Positions 24,241 through 38,430 of a stretch of 64,000 bases of DNA are shown here, piece after piece. A model generated the notes under the pieces. That model worked only from the letters and a program-made list of their open reading frames with translations, was not told the origin of the DNA and made no database searches. A program made the position numbers and the translations under genes. The stretch lies in contig JAYWIR010000014.1 in assembly GCA_036172245.1 (NCBI GenBank), positions 248,001 to 312,000 on the forward strand, given 5' to 3'. Every line of letters begins with the position of its first letter. The stretch's first letter is position 1. Source of the DNA: Raillietiella orientalis (Eukaryota).

Positions 24241-27200
24241 CCTCCGCATCCCGGGATGGGAAAAGGCTCCCGAGGGGATGGCGAAAGTGGACCTCTCCTC
24301 CCACTTCTCTTTCTCGCCGCTCCTCCACAGGACCCCTTCAGTCATCGGAAGCGATCTGCGGGTTCTGATGCCACTACGTAAGAATCGTACGTCCGGCTCT
24401 TCAAATTCCCCCGGGTTGCCTGAGGGTTCCCCTATCCTTCCTCTCCTCCTCCTGGAGCAGCGATCTCGGAGGCTTCCCTGAGGAATGTGGCAAGGACTAG
24501 GGGAGTATCGAAGAGGCGCGACGATTTCCGTAGTCGTCCCCGGCTCTAGGAAGCTCCTGAGGTTTCCAGAGCGACCGGGAGGAAAACCTTCCTCCCTCCT
24601 TCTTCTCCCTCCATTTTCTTCAAATCTCCGTGTTCTTTCTCTGCACGCGGGATCGAGAGACCCTAATGCTGCTCAAGACCTCTTCTGACAGGCGCACAAT
24701 GCGTCTTCCTCCAGGACATCAGAACGGTCATCCATCACGACCCCAAATTGCCAATGCCTCGCTTCCCGAGTGGCGAGACGTGGAAGGAGAGTCCTCGAGG
24801 AACGCTGCGTCATCTCGCCGCGGGATCAACGAAACAGCTGGCAGGAGGAGGAGGAGGCCACCCTGCCTTCGAACTGCCGGAACGGATGGGGTGCGCTGGA
24901 GGAGGGAGGGAAGGGCGAGGCTAACTACGCCGCGAGGTCTGCAGGCGGTCCAGCAGCCACCCGTGCCCTCGCCCTTCGAGCTTCAGGAGAGTGGGAAACT
25001 CCCGTGGATCGCCGCACGCAGTCGCCGCTGCTTCGGGCTTCCGGCAAGCTGGTCGGGCCTCAGGGCTTCTTCGCCCAGGGATGGCAGGAGAACAACCGGC
25101 GTCGTATGCCTCGCTGACGCCTGGCCGAGCGCCCACTGCGCCACTTCGCAGCGAAGCGGATCCTCTCCGCGGGCGGCGCAGACGGACCCCTGTCGAACGC
25201 TGCCGGGGGTAATGGAATGCCAGGGTGCTACAGCCCCAACTTGGTTGCGGTCGAGTATAAGGTCTTCAGCGGCTCACTGGGCGATGGGACCGTCGAGATG
25301 TCGAGGAAGGAGGGGGAGGGGAGAGAGAATAGGGAAGTAAGGGAGGAAAGGAAAACCAAACAAGCAGCACGACACGAGGTGAGCTGCACTTTGTGCAACA
25401 CGCCAGCGTGCTGCCGCCTTTCGCTTCCGCGAGACGTGCAGATGTGGCCAGTGTCTTGCCCAGGGGGCGAACGCCCATGAGACTAGAGGGAAAGAAGCGA
25501 TGGCCATAAAGAGTCAGTGAACGCCGAAGCGATGGGAGGCCGCAAAAGAAGGGCGGGACACGGATTAGCAGTACGGGAGAAGGGGCGAAAAGACTGCGGA
25601 AAGTCACCGGGCACCGCTCTCTGCTTCTCGCCGCGCGTCTGCGCATTTGCGATCGCGGGAGGCGGCCCTGTAAAGAAGTCTACGAGTTGCACAGACGCAC
25701 GGACGCAGGCGTGCGCGAGAGAGCGCGTTCCCCGCGACGAGGGTGGGTGCGCGCGAATCCTCTTCGTCTCCGTGTTTTTTAGGGAACGAGGAAGCAAAGG
25801 AACCTCGTCTCTTCGTGGGGAGGAAGCCATGGGGAGTCCTTCGTGTTCGCCACGCTGCGCCTTGGGTCAGTCGGGGTGCCAAGTGCGGAGGGCGCGTTCT
25901 TGCAAGCGCCGCCGGACCCGAGGCCGCCGTTGTCCCGGGTCAGCACCGGAGCTGGAGATGCCAGCCAGACCATAGGGACAGCTGGACGCTTGGAGATGCT
26001 CCAGCACAGAGTTTGGCGAAAGGAAAGATGCGTGGGTGCTCTGAGGATAGCCTAAAACTAGGACTGCACTCCCCGAGCCGCGTCCTTTTTTCGAAACTGC
26101 GCGGTAGGATGAAGCTGGGATCATGAGAAGCGCTACTCAGAGAAGATGAGGTCCCCAGCCAGCATCCGAACGTTATGAAAACGCGTGGCTACCCACTGAC
26201 CACACATTTTCTCGAAACGGAAAACTGCCATTCCGGTGCATCCTGCAACTTGGCTGCAGCGAGTTCGTTTTCCAGAGGAGCATTCGCATCCCGTGCTGGA
26301 CCATTTGTCCAAGCCAAACGAATGGAATTCACAAGTGGAAGGGGTCGGATATCTGCTGAACTGAAACAGAAGGGTTCGAACCTCACTGGAGGCACGCACA
26401 GGAAGAGAATGAGGGGGAAGGGGGCGGAGTTGAGCGAGAAAGAACCAGTAAATAAACAGACGAATAGGAGGGGAGCGGACCTGCTCAGGGTGGCGATCAC
26501 GATGCTTGAGGGCATGCGCCAGGTAGAGATGCAAGGGGAAGGAGTCAGATGCCACCAGTTTCGAGCTAGCCTGACCGCTCCCCTTCCCGATTCCGGCCGT
26601 TCTGCACCTCCGCATGAGGGAAAAGGCGTTTGCGAACGGTTTCCTGAAATTCTGCTTTAGGTAATCCTTCATTCTGGAGACCACCGTTGCTTTCCCATGA
26701 CAGAAGATCGTCAGCAAGAGTCATCTGGTACGTTCGAAGAGGCGAATGTTCCCCCAAGTATTCCGAGATTCTGGGAAGCTGGGAAGCATCCTCGTCAGGC
26801 AGTTAGAGCTTCCTTGAGATTCACAGCAGCCTCTGGTACATTCCAAAGGCAGCGAGTCGTCCACACGATTCCGCAGTGGGTGCATTCCTTGAGAATCGGT
26901 GGTGCCCGCAGATGCGTGATAACTCGTCTCAGTGGTAACTTCAGCGTAACATCGTTGCATAGAAAAAGCATAAAGATGCCGATAGGGAAGCCCAGGAACC
27001 AGAGATTTCATAGGAAGAATCCACCTCTGTGGTCTCAGAGTGGAGGCGCGGTTATGGCACCAGCTATGTCATCATCTTTCATGTTGTGATAACTTTGTCA
27101 ACCCCCACGATCTGACAGATGATTACCATCTCCCTACCTATCCTTCAAAAAATGTTTACCGCTTTCCAGTGGTGTGGGAGGGGGGAAATGACTTCGATGA

Positions 27201-30200
27201 GCAGCAGGAAGTAGGCTGAAGGGTAAGGAGAGACCAGCCGCTGAATGAGGAGCCCCGTGACAAAAAAGTCACTCTCATCCAAGTGTTTTTCTCAGTCAGT
27301 GGTGGCAAAACCACTGACTCTTTATCGCTCGAAGAAATCTTCCAGCATCTCGAAATGCGTCGGAAGCTTTCTTGCACAACAGCTGCGAAAAAGTCTCGCC
27401 TGACGACGCGAAGAATTCTCATCACCCGTTGCCGGAGTGAGAAACTGATGTACGCTGGCCAAGCTTCTGCTTCCTCCAAGGATTCTTCGTTTCATCTTCT
27501 GATTTTCTCAGGTGCTCCAAGAGTTGTTGGGGTGCTTTCGATTTTTCCGAATTCTCCCACTGTTATTCTTTCCAGCGTCTTCTGCCTCCTTTTTCCTCTG
27601 GTCGTCACCCCTCTTTTTTTTCGCTCTTTCTCTCACTGATTTATTCGGAACAATTATTTTATTTGTAGGTGCATTCCGGGGCTCGAAGACGAGCCCATAC
27701 ACCACCAGGCGACCCAGGGGAGGGAACTGTATCAACAGGCTTTCCAAGGGGCTTCACCAGCCAGAGTCTGACGGACCACGCATGCTGGAGTCTGGAAGCC
27801 ATGGGGAATGAGACGAGTTCATCTCCTGCTCCCTTCCGCAGAAGAATGTAAATCAGGAAGTTCCGGAAGGTACATTTTAATTGAAGTGGGGGAGGACGAC
27901 CACCTTCAGCGTGCCGATGTTACCACTGTGCACCTCTTCGAATAGACGCTGGAAACATTCTTTCCAGGAAACAGTAGTGCAGTCACGGGGAAGATTCCGG
28001 TCGGGCGGGTGAAGCTTTGCCTCCAGGAGGACGACTTTCACGAGATTCCGGATTTTTCCGGAGATTTGCAGGCCACAGTCCAATGCTGGCACTCCCAGCC
28101 ATCCTGTCGGAGACGTGCTGACACATCCTTTGGCGCTCTAGCCGCAGCTGCCTACCGCGTCGCCAGGGAGGGTCCACAGCCCACGAGGGAAAGTTCGCGA
28201 GAAGCAAAGGCGCCTCCGAGTCTACGTGCTCGGCTCTCATCTTCCTTTGTTTGTGCGCTCCAACATCCTCTTCGCTCGCGCTCTTTCTCCCTTTCACGGA
28301 AACGCCGCTTCTTCCGCTCCGTTGGGGGCGGCTCTTTGCCAATCGCTTGTGAATAACCTACCGCGGATCCCGGACCGCCCAAATGAAGGGAATGCAATCC
28401 TCAACATCCAATAAATATCAGGGGCGCAGTGACTAAGAAAGCGAAAGTTCCTGTCTTGCTCTGGTGGCTCAAGGCCCTGTGATCCTATGAAGAAATCGGG
28501 CGGGGAACGCAGCAGTCGTGCTCTTGGGCGGTAGCCTCTTCGCCAGACGGAATCGACGGGTGTCGACTTCGGTTCCTGGATTTCTCCTGGATGTTGAAAA
28601 GGATGACGGGAAAGGGGAGGAGGAGGGATATGTACCAAAACCTCGCTGTCGCTGATGCTCTTCCAGGTAATTCACATGGATGAAACGCTCGCAACGCTCC
28701 AAAGGGAGAAAATCCTCGGTTCGTTTTCCCTGGACTGCAAGCGCGCACGAGGGAGCCAACTGCTTTCCGGGAAAATGCTTGCGGTCCCAAAGGTGGCTGA
28801 TAAGGAAAGCAGACTTCCCTTGCTACCGTGTGATGCTGCAGAGCATTCCGAGATGATTGCAGATGCTTTCTTTGCAGCTCCTCTCGGTTCCCGAGTGGAC
28901 CGTGCCTTATTCCGTTGCATTTGGTCTCGGTCTTCGCTCGATGGATCCTTCGCAGCTGTTGGTTGCGTGCACAAAAAACACATTGAGATTGAGCTGGCAT
29001 GGTGAGTGGCCGCTGCCGGGGATTCCGGATTTTCTGCAGCACGCATCTTCTAGCTGGAGAAGAGGGAGGCTGCTGACCTGGGTACCCTGTGGAATTCCTC
29101 TTTCCAAACCCACAACAAAGGAAATCATGAAGCGAATGCGAGAAATCCTCGTGGACGACAAGCAGACGCCTCTCCCTGCATGCGTGGGAGTGGCAGCTTG
29201 GACGATCTCAGGGATAGGGAAAGCTTCCCCGTGGGCGTACTTCCCGACGTGTTTCTGATTTTCACGTCTTCGGGATGTGAAGTCGCTCGATGTCGAGTGA
29301 TGGGTTTCTCGCCTTCTCGGCTTCATCAGGGTTCCTCGGTTTTCGAGCCTGATCAATCACAGAAAGTTTGTACCAGGTCCCACCAAAACCTTTATTTTAA
29401 AAATAAACCACAAGTCAGAGGGGAACGGCGTCCCCCAAATACAAGATATTCCAAAAAAAAATGGCAACCAGGGGTGAAGACCAGTACGCAAGTCTGTTCC
29501 TAAGGAAGAAGGAAATGAAAAGAAGCGATAATAAATGGATAAAAAGAGAAGGAAGGGTAGGGACATAGGATCTTTGGTGTCAAACGTTCCTTCGTTACTA
29601 AAAGCGACTGTGGATGGTGGTGATCTCACGACTTCTGGAAAATGAGGTCGCCTTGCAGCCGTCCTCATGGGGGCTGCTGCCATGCTGGTGGTCCTTCGTT
29701 GCAAACGAGACACCAACACATGGCAGACTGACACTATGGTGCATGCAACATATCGTTGCGACCGCAGCGTCCGTCGTCCAGTCCGCCTTGAGTGAAGAAG
29801 CACCGTAGCAAATCCGAAGAGGTGTCCTGCGGTTGAGGGAGTGTCGAGACTGGTCTCTGCACGTGTCCTCCAGGTCCTCCAGGGTACTGCAGTCCAACAG
29901 GAGCTGCGGGAACGATTCCATCGCCCCGCCCCTCAGACAGTTCAGGAAGGCTGCTCCCATCACAGAAGGAAGCTCTTCCTTGATCGACTGCATTTCCGGT
30001 CGACAAGCGGCCTTCTCCTCTGGCTCAGCTGCAGGCGAGGATCCTCAAGACGAGGCTTATGATCTTCTTACAGTGATCAGGCCAGAATTAATGAACTTCA
30101 TAGAAAAATGCAAAGATGAAGAACCAGCTGGAAGAAAGCAGAAAGAAACTGAGAAGAAAAAAAATGCTGACAATCGAAAGCATTAAGAATGGATGTGACT

Positions 30201-30276
30201 GAACTCGTGACTCTGCCAGCAACATAGCAAGTGGTACATGATTCTTCACGAAAAGTGAGATCACTAAATGAAGGAC

Positions 30277-30630
30277 AGCATCTTAGCTGGAATAGCGAGC
30301 CCATCTTTGACATTTGCTTCCCATGCTCCAGCGGAAGTGGAAATTTGGACAAAGACCACTAGAAAAACCCAACTTTTGAGCGCGCGGCTCCCAGTCCACC
30401 CCGTTGAGAATGATGTTGAGAGTCCACAGAGAATAGAAAGTTGGAAATTAGAGCCTTTCCTGAAGGATATCCGTCGTCCTCCTGGGAAAACTGTATGGGT
30501 GGCGACAATTGTAAGGCCGTCCCTCTTGGACGCACGCGTCATTTTCGTGCATCCCGGTGCTTTCAGCACTTTCGCCCGCTTTCATCCGAAGTATAATCCG
30601 AAGAAGAATAAACCTTTGTTCCGTCTCGTT
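30277..30630 (+). mobile_element. Decayed non-LTR RT C-terminal fragment
   Basis: ILAGIASPSLTFASH (cf. LGVIIDSKLTFNSH), KLEPFLKDIR..VATIVRPSLLDARVIF (cf. LGFLKR..YKTIVRPILEYASVIW). Confidence 0.4.
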
Positions 30631-33469
30631 GTCTTTATGCGTTCCTCTTTTTCATTTCTGGAGAGCACTGAAAGATTCTTCATCTTGAAATCTCATTATT
30701 TTGACGTGCCACCTTTCTCTGACATCAAAACAAGTGTGACCTGCCTACTCGAATAGGTGTGTTCTCCATCTCAGCTCAGGAGCACGGTGCAAACGGTAGC
30801 AAGGGAGAAGTGTTTTTTTCGCAGACGAAGGTCACTCGTACCCCACTCACTCGCGGTTCTCCCTACGATGCCAGTCCTATCCGCGCCTTGTTCCAAATAC
30901 CGGTAGGAAAAGCGGACGATGAAATCGCCGGGGCCAGAAGGCAAAAAGGAACACTTCACTGGGGTGACCACTTCACTTGCGAGAATTGAGGCTCGATTGA
31001 TGCAGCGACCTGGATGGCCAGGAACAAGCCCGTCTTTCGTCAGCAACTCCTCTATGGAAAATCCTGGAAGTGCCCCTTCCGTTGATGAACGATCAGTCGA
31101 TGGCCGGTAGCGATCTCCGTAACAAGACCGGAGCGTTTCTGGGAAGAGATCATCATTCCGAACTTCTTCCAGGTAGATGTGTGAAGCAAACGCCGGATGC
31201 GTAGATGTGGTCCAGGTATATCGAAGGACCCATCTTCTCACGAACAAGTCCTATTTCCAGTATCTCGGAAAGACGCATTGAAATGCACCTTCCTGTTGCC
31301 TAGGCGATCTGTTTATGTGAACCCTTGGGATAGAGTAGCATCTGGGGCAATGAGTTCTCTGGTGTGCGGGCTGACTACCCTTGAGGCACAGCGCTGCTTG
31401 TTACCTCCTTCGACTTTAAATATCCCGCTATTAAGAAGCGAGAACGATGCAGCAGTTTTTCGTGTTTTCTTTCGTCTCGGAATCGCGGTCTTGTGTCTTT
31501 GAACGGAGTCTGCTCGCGTGATCGCAGCAGATCACTTCCTGTAGAACGAGGTTTCTTCCTGAACTGGCAAGTCAAAGAGCTATTTTTTTGAAAGAAGTTG
31601 GACTCTTTGGTAACCTTTGCGTAGAGTAATCCCTGGAAACGGGGACGAATAGGCCTTGCTGCGTGGTGTTTTCGTTCGCACGCTTGCTCCAGATGTGCGA
31701 GTCATTTCAATTGCGAGTTCGAGATCGTGCAGCCCCAAGAAAGAGGCCGACTTGTTTCATTGGCGAGTTTGAAAGAAAAGGAAATGAGTTCGGAAGCCGG
31801 AGAGTTCGGGATTTGCTGCGTCTCCCCGGACATAAAGTCGATCCTGCTTTCGCCGACAAGTGGCCCAAGGAAGCGTGCAACCCTTCCAGCTTCATATGTC
31901 GAGTGAGCGCTCTCGGCTTGGATGTGCGAAAATGCTCATCCAGTACCTCTCACTCTCTCCCAGATCTCGAAGCGGTTTGGGGTGCGTTCGGTGTTCGGGA
32001 TGATTACCAGAGAAAGCATTGCGTCCTACTTCGATGCCCGCTGCACCCTCCTCTGTGCCACCTTTTTGTTTCCCGCCCGGCTCTGCTTTTCCTGCTGCGA
32101 AACTCTTGGGCAAGACACTCACCGCATCTGCGACAGTGGTACTCCGTGACGAGTCAGTCGATCACTGCTGAGTCTCCGCGTGAGTGGAATTGAGCTCCGT
32201 CACGCCTCGGAATCTGCAGAATCAGGCATTCCAGCGTGTACTTTAAATCTTACTGCTTTCACCTGCGAGCAGGCAACCGTGCGCACGAGTGTGCATCATG
32301 CGGAGTGCGTGCCTCGCCTTCAGTCTTGCCATTTTCTCCAGGATAAGCCTGGTTCCAGTAGACTCTGCTTGCTTGATTAAAAATAAGTCGCGTTTCCTAA
32401 AGGCAGTAATCTCATGAATTCGGAAGCTGCAGTTATCAATCTTCGGAATATCCTGCAGACAGCTATATAATTAAAAGATAAAAAGTGCTCTTTTTCATTT
32501 CATCGGCTGGAATCTACAGCGCATTTTTTTTTTTCTTCGGATGCTGATTACAGGTGCGCGCTTGAAGAATCTTTCGATGATGCGCTGGAATGCTGAACGC
32601 AATCATTCCGTGTTTCTGTTTATGCAAACGCGTGTGAAGCGAGTAATAAGCGTATTAAGGCAAAATGCCATTAGACGAAACGGATAGGAAGTGTGTTCGT
32701 GAGCAATCTTTCCTCATCCTCGGAATTTCGAAATCTCAGCAGCAAGATGGAGTAGGAACTTCATCGAGTCGTTCCTTCATCTCGCCATGCAATTATTACG
32801 AGATGACCGGGAGAACACATGTCCTCTTTTTACATCTTCCTTGACATTTCGCCGAGGGAGCACACCGAAGTCCCCACTTCGTTGTGGGGACTCGGTGAAT
32901 ATGAATTCAGGATCAAAAGATTTCGAGCTGCAAAATGTCATAGCTCTTGAATCGTAATACCAAGTGAATCACTTGCTCTGAAATCTGAACCTCGCCAACA
33001 GAGAAAACACAATCTAACGGCAAATTCCATCTCTCCGAGAGCATCTCTGCTTGCTTTGAGAAGGATTCTTCATAGGAACGTCTGACATTCCTCGAGATGC
33101 CAATTAATGGTGATCGAGTCTTCGTGCCCATTATAATGCCTAAGCTTTGTCATAAGAGCGCTCTATGCTTGACTTTCCTCAAGTCCCGCATCCTCCGTCA
33201 TGTATGCTGATGCACAGCCAGAGAGATGATTTCAAGTGAACAGTTTCCCTGATCTCAAAGAAGCTCTCCCATTTCTTGCGCAGAGGCAAAAAACAAAGCA
33301 ATTTTTTCTTTTCCTTTTTTCCTTCGAGATGACAAACCCTTTGTTTTGTGCATCTATTAATTTATCATTTCCCCTTAGAAAAAGGACCCATGATGAATTA
33401 TTCGGGAATTCGAGACACCCATCCGAAAATTTCCTGGATAATTTATCACAGGGAAACTTTTATCCTATG

Positions 33470-33471
<2 letters not shown>

Positions 33472-33548
<77 letters not shown>
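33472..33548. repeat. (AC)n microsatellite, ~38 units
   Basis: Uninterrupted AC run read directly. Confidence 0.98.
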
Positions 33549-33551
<3 letters not shown>

Positions 33552-35969
33552 TACGATCGAATTTTCGAATTCGTCCTAAAAGCATTTGGGAATGCTTTAT
33601 TTTTCATTGAATCTATCGTGAGCATTCAGATCATTGTTCTGGAACCTACAAAATTACGAGTCGCCTCACATTTAGGAAATCTAGAACGAAATGAAAATCC
33701 ACTCCATAACACGCCTTCTCCTCCATGCCATTTGAAATTTGAATGCGCCTTCTTAAGATGAGATTCTTAAATTGCCAATACTGGTGGATTTAGTGGCCAC
33801 GGATAACAGTGAAGTCCGCTTCGACGAATGCGTTCCCTGTGCAACCCTGATGAGGTGTGCAGAGACCAGCGTTATTAGCAGACCTCGAGCAGTGTAGGAT
33901 GAGCTCAATAACTGCATGGACTATCATCACTTATGAGTCACTGAAAGCTCGAGTATGGCGTTGATTTGTGCGTCTAGTTCAGTGTGATATTTCCCATATG
34001 CCACTGCTACCGATACAAGATTCTTGGAGCCTCGAACGCCGACTCGGCAACACACGCTGCCCACACGTCGCCCAGTCTCCTGGCGCGGCGAAATGTTCTT
34101 CCGATTGCTGTAGCGCTGCCGTTCGACGCGGTTCTGTTTCCTGTAATCTTGTTCAAATAATTCGCTCAATCAGAGCGGATCCGTTATTTCGGACGGTGAA
34201 GGAAACGAGGCGCATGTCATTCCTGAAATATGAGCTAGACGAAAAGGCGGGTTCTATGCACAAAAAGCGAGTGTAGTTTTCACTGCATAATAGACTCCGT
34301 TCCTACGCGACGACTTATCGTTGTGGTGTCCTTTGTGTTTCGATGTTCCGAAAATTTCATACACAAAAAACTCGATTGGCATTTCTGTCCACATCATTCG
34401 GCACAGAAAATGTTGCAAGCGTGGGCAAGTAGCAAGCCTCGCTCGAGGCCAAATGAACTCACACCTGACGTCTCTGTCACGAAAGTCTTTTGTTGGATCT
34501 CGTGGAGAATGTCAGTGTGAATGATGTCTCGGAGAATTCATTTCGAAACAAGAATAAATACTTCAAACTAGTCGAAAGCGCTGGAAATTTCGCTAATTAT
34601 TTTGGGTTTGCAGCTGATAGCAAGGGGTACTTTAAGGATGGAATGCATGATGAAATTTATTTCGAATTTTCTTCCGAGGCTGGAGGAACGAATTGTTTTC
34701 TATAAGAACTCCGGGTCCAGTCTAGTATCAGTCAAGCCATTACGTACTTTTGCATTGCGGAAGGAACCTGTGGGCTAGTTAGAGAAGCTGATTTATTTTT
34801 ACGAGGAGTCTTGCTAGGTTTTGCCAGGGGTACAACGGGAAGTTCCCTCTATTTGAGAGCCACGCACGGGCGAAGAATTTCTTAGCTGTGTGGATCTTGG
34901 AATTACATGGCAGTAATTTAATTCGCTCAAAAAGTGACATATTGAGACGTTTCGTCTTTTGCGTTGTCATCTATTTGCATTATTCCTTTTCTCTTTATCT
35001 GTCCCCCTCGTTCTCAAGGATTCTCGCGAGCAAAATGCTCCATTTGCTGTTTATCGAGCTGATTGGAAAATCTTCCGTTTCTTCTGCTATCTCGCAAACA
35101 ACGAGGACGGATCTTCTATTCTCAAACCCAACATACTCACACTTTCCCGAATCGCATCTTCAGTAGTACGATTAGCATGTTGTCCTGCTGCTTAACAGTG
35201 AAGGTGCTGAATCGTACGTCTGCCAATCCTTGCACAGCTGCTCAACGTTGTGTCAGACAGTGTGCACGCACAGAACTCCAGACATGGTGGTACTCCAAAG
35301 TTCGTGTTGTAGACTGCTCCTTGCAGGAATGGTTTCCAATTATGCGTCATTACACCATCACATGGTTCTGTGGGAGCTTCTCTCGTACACTCGTGTAGTA
35401 TGTCATGCTCTTTTCATCGATCACTCTTGTTGCTGCTGTAAAGAAATGATTGGGGATTGTGAGCACATGAGTACCACTCTGGAATTTTCATGAATCATGG
35501 TAAAGATTAACTCTCAGGTGTTGCTCTGCGCAAAAATGTCAATGCTTCTAAACCTCACCAATTATCCTTTCGGATGCAGCACGAAAAAACATTGGTCGAA
35601 GAGTATGGTTTTCATTTTCCATTTGAGAGACTCTCGTCATTTCATTCTGAATTCTGATTTAGTATCTAGATGACCACCAGCTGTTTCTTTTGATTCTCTT
35701 ACCTTCCATTATTCCCCAGAAAACTTCGCTCTTTTGCTTCTGTCTTTCTGCCTCACAATCTTCGTCGTTGTTAATTTATGGACCGGTTCGGATTTTTTTC
35801 TGATACTTTTGGCTTTCATCTTTTATTTTTCTTCCGTTCAACCTCCCGAAGATTAGATTGGTTCAATAGTGGTAGCTGCAAGCATCAGACTAATTCACAA
35901 AGTGCCTTGCAATAGGCGAATATGCAGAGTAAGAAGTTTAGGTTCCTTTGTGAGAAAGTGCATTTCAAA

Positions 35970-36386
35970 AGGCATCTCTATCTCTCCGGCGACGTACACG
36001 ATGGATGTTATGTAGGACGAAGGAGATCCTTGCCTATCATTTCCAAGATTGAAGTGAGCACTAAGATCAGTCGTGTTTTTTATCCAAGAATACTCTGTCA
36101 TCTCAAGTTGATGAAAGCCAAGACAGTGACGTTATTACCAGGTGGCATCTCGAAAAACTGTCCATTCAGAGATCCCTAGAATGATGTCGTGGCTTCAAAA
36201 CGACAAGCTTCGACAAGCATGTTGCTATGGGTCCCAAAATATTTTTCCAGACACATGGGTACCATCATACGTGGAGTGACTACTGTTCGATCCAATACAT
36301 CGAGACTTCACCATGGAATTGTAAGAAAAAACCTTCCTCTTTCTATTGATCTGATAGATACATTTTCTGTTCTCCATTCAGAATGA
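35970..36386 (+). mobile_element. Decayed non-LTR retrotransposon (CR1/L2-like) reverse transcriptase fragment, subdomains 1-3
   Basis: In order: LYLSGDVHD..RSLPIISKI..VFYPRILCHL (cf. PIYKSGD..NYRPISLLPIISKI..RL..HL), GFK/RQAST (cf. GFRKGRST), LSIDLIDTFSVLH (cf. FIDLSKAFDTVDH). Frameshifted. Confidence 0.55.
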
Positions 36387-38239
36387 TTCGAAAATGGAAG
36401 TGGACTCTGATGGAATGTTTGCTGCAGACTGCAATCCATCTGCAGTGTTGCTTATGTTTCAGAAAAATTTTTCATCTCACAGGAAATTTGTTCACTACAC
36501 ATTCTCTAAGAGGAAAGGAAAAACAAAAACAAAAACTGAATAGATGAGTTTTGACTTAAAAAGGCTTAAAGTTCGTATCACTCACCGCAAGGATAATTTT
36601 CAATAATTCGCGAAAGGAAACAGGCCCGATGTTTCAAAATTTTATATCTCGTATGGCATTTTCTTTCTTTTTTTTTACAGAGTCTTTGAGAAACATGCTT
36701 TCCGTAAAAGGTCAACGGCGGTAAAACAGCTGATTCTCTAGGTTTGTTTTTTCTTCTTCTCGGAGCCAGAAATATAGCAGCATTTCTTTGAAACCTTGAT
36801 GTTTGCCACAAACAGGAACGCTGCTTTCAAGTCTCACTGCTTTCCAAAGCCGTTCGAGGTCTGGGGTGATGCGATCAAACGTCTCTTTGGTGTCGTGGTT
36901 TCTGCTTTCGTGCTTGAAGATTATTGTTCGCCGAAAGCAGTGCTGTTCTATACCTCTGCGGAAGAACATTTGACGGAAAATGTCGAAGCCGCTTCTTGCT
37001 CGCCGCATCCACGAAACTAGATAATTTTCGAGACATCTGGTTAAAGCGCGAAAATATTCATCATCACCGTTTCCGAGCCAATTTTGTCGGCAACCATTCC
37101 GTTTGAAGTAAACAGATGGATTTTTTTGGCAGCTTGACAGTTGTTAAAATGACATTGAAGAATGATTCTTAAGTTTTCGTTTGGTTTGCAATTAGCATTA
37201 GCGTGAAATAACGCTTACGCGGATTCGCGATCGCACATCAGAGGAGGCGGTGGATGCAGAGAACGAACAGGACCTACTGAGAGCAGGAATTATCATCATC
37301 ATGGTTACAACATTCAGCAATCGCGTTTCTAATTTTCGAATGCTTTCAGGCAGTCCTGCATCCGGTTCCCCATGATGAATCAGTAGATAGTTCAAGATGC
37401 AGCGATGTTACTCGAGGACCCTTAGAATGGAAAACTCATCACGCAGTCTACCAGGAAATGTCACGGAGCACGTTTCTCATCCTCAAGAAATTTGGTTCAA
37501 GTCTGGTTTGGAGTCTATCCTGGTGTTTCCTGCATTTTCTAGTCACACGTTAATGCGGCGTGCTGAAACTGATAGATGGCAGGATGAATTCAGTACAAAC
37601 GAAGCTCAAGACAAAACCAGATAAGCTCAAAGTTACTGTATCTTGTTTTTGAAGCAAACTGGCATCCCGGGTGGCGCAGGATGACGAACTCTGAGACCAA
37701 GTGGGACGCTAAATCATTTTCTAGACAAGGTGTTCATTTATTCTTTTTCAAAAATGAATATTCTGAACATTTTTTCATGCAAACCAGTGATATTTTTTAT
37801 CTCAGCCTTTTGATTCATCTGCAAGGAAAAAAATCACTTAATAGAGATCTTCAGTTCTTTTCAATGTTCCTTATTAAAATGATTTATGTCCACTAAAAGC
37901 TTATCATGGTTGATGTGCCTTGTTTAGATTACTGTGGCCTGTTGATTCTTTTACGGTTTCCTTTATCCTTTCATAAGTCTGCTTGCCATTTCTTCCTACA
38001 AACTTATCAGACTCGACGCGCTTTACCAGAAATGAAAACTTTCGTCTGCCTTTCTTCAGCCTTCTATGCATCCAGACGTCTCAACCGCCAACGGGCTGCC
38101 TGAATATCAAAAGTCTTCACTTCCCCTCCCAAGAGTCCAAATGAACAGTGATTGAAAGTATCCCAACGTTCTTTTCAGTTTTCTAGGAATTCCAAGTTTC
38201 CTCTGCTGGATTTTCGGTCGCATGGTTTTCAAGGAAGAG

Positions 38240-38430
38240 GACGTGAAAGATGAAGGGGGATGCCTCCTCTCACTTCTGAAGTTGATGTTGCATCTTTTGG
38301 ACGGGACAGTTTTCCTTTTCCGAGAAGAGTTCCCACAGAAGGCAGTACCTTCCTTTGGTGATGATTTGACTTATGCAAATCATCAACAAATCACGGACCA
38401 AGATGATCGTTTTTTTATTATCGAAGATTT
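38240..38430 (+). mobile_element. Possible decayed RT fragment (Penelope-like or non-LTR; ambiguous)
   Basis: LLKLMLHLLDGTVFLFREEFPQK..FGDDLTYAN..DDRFFII resembles Penelope LL.L.L..T.F.F..FY.Q..G..MG..AN..YVDDIF. It could also be read as non-LTR QG..LSPLLF..FADD. Confidence 0.25.

Noticed and set aside
28655..29005. pogo-like transposase relic (QVIHMDET...RLPLLPCDAA...AW)
   Set aside because: Motif spacing is longer than expected and no TIRs were seen; too weak without an HMM search.
29880..29950. LINE C-terminal zinc-knuckle-like ESFPQLLLDC (minus strand)
   Set aside because: His and one Cys are missing; isolated match.
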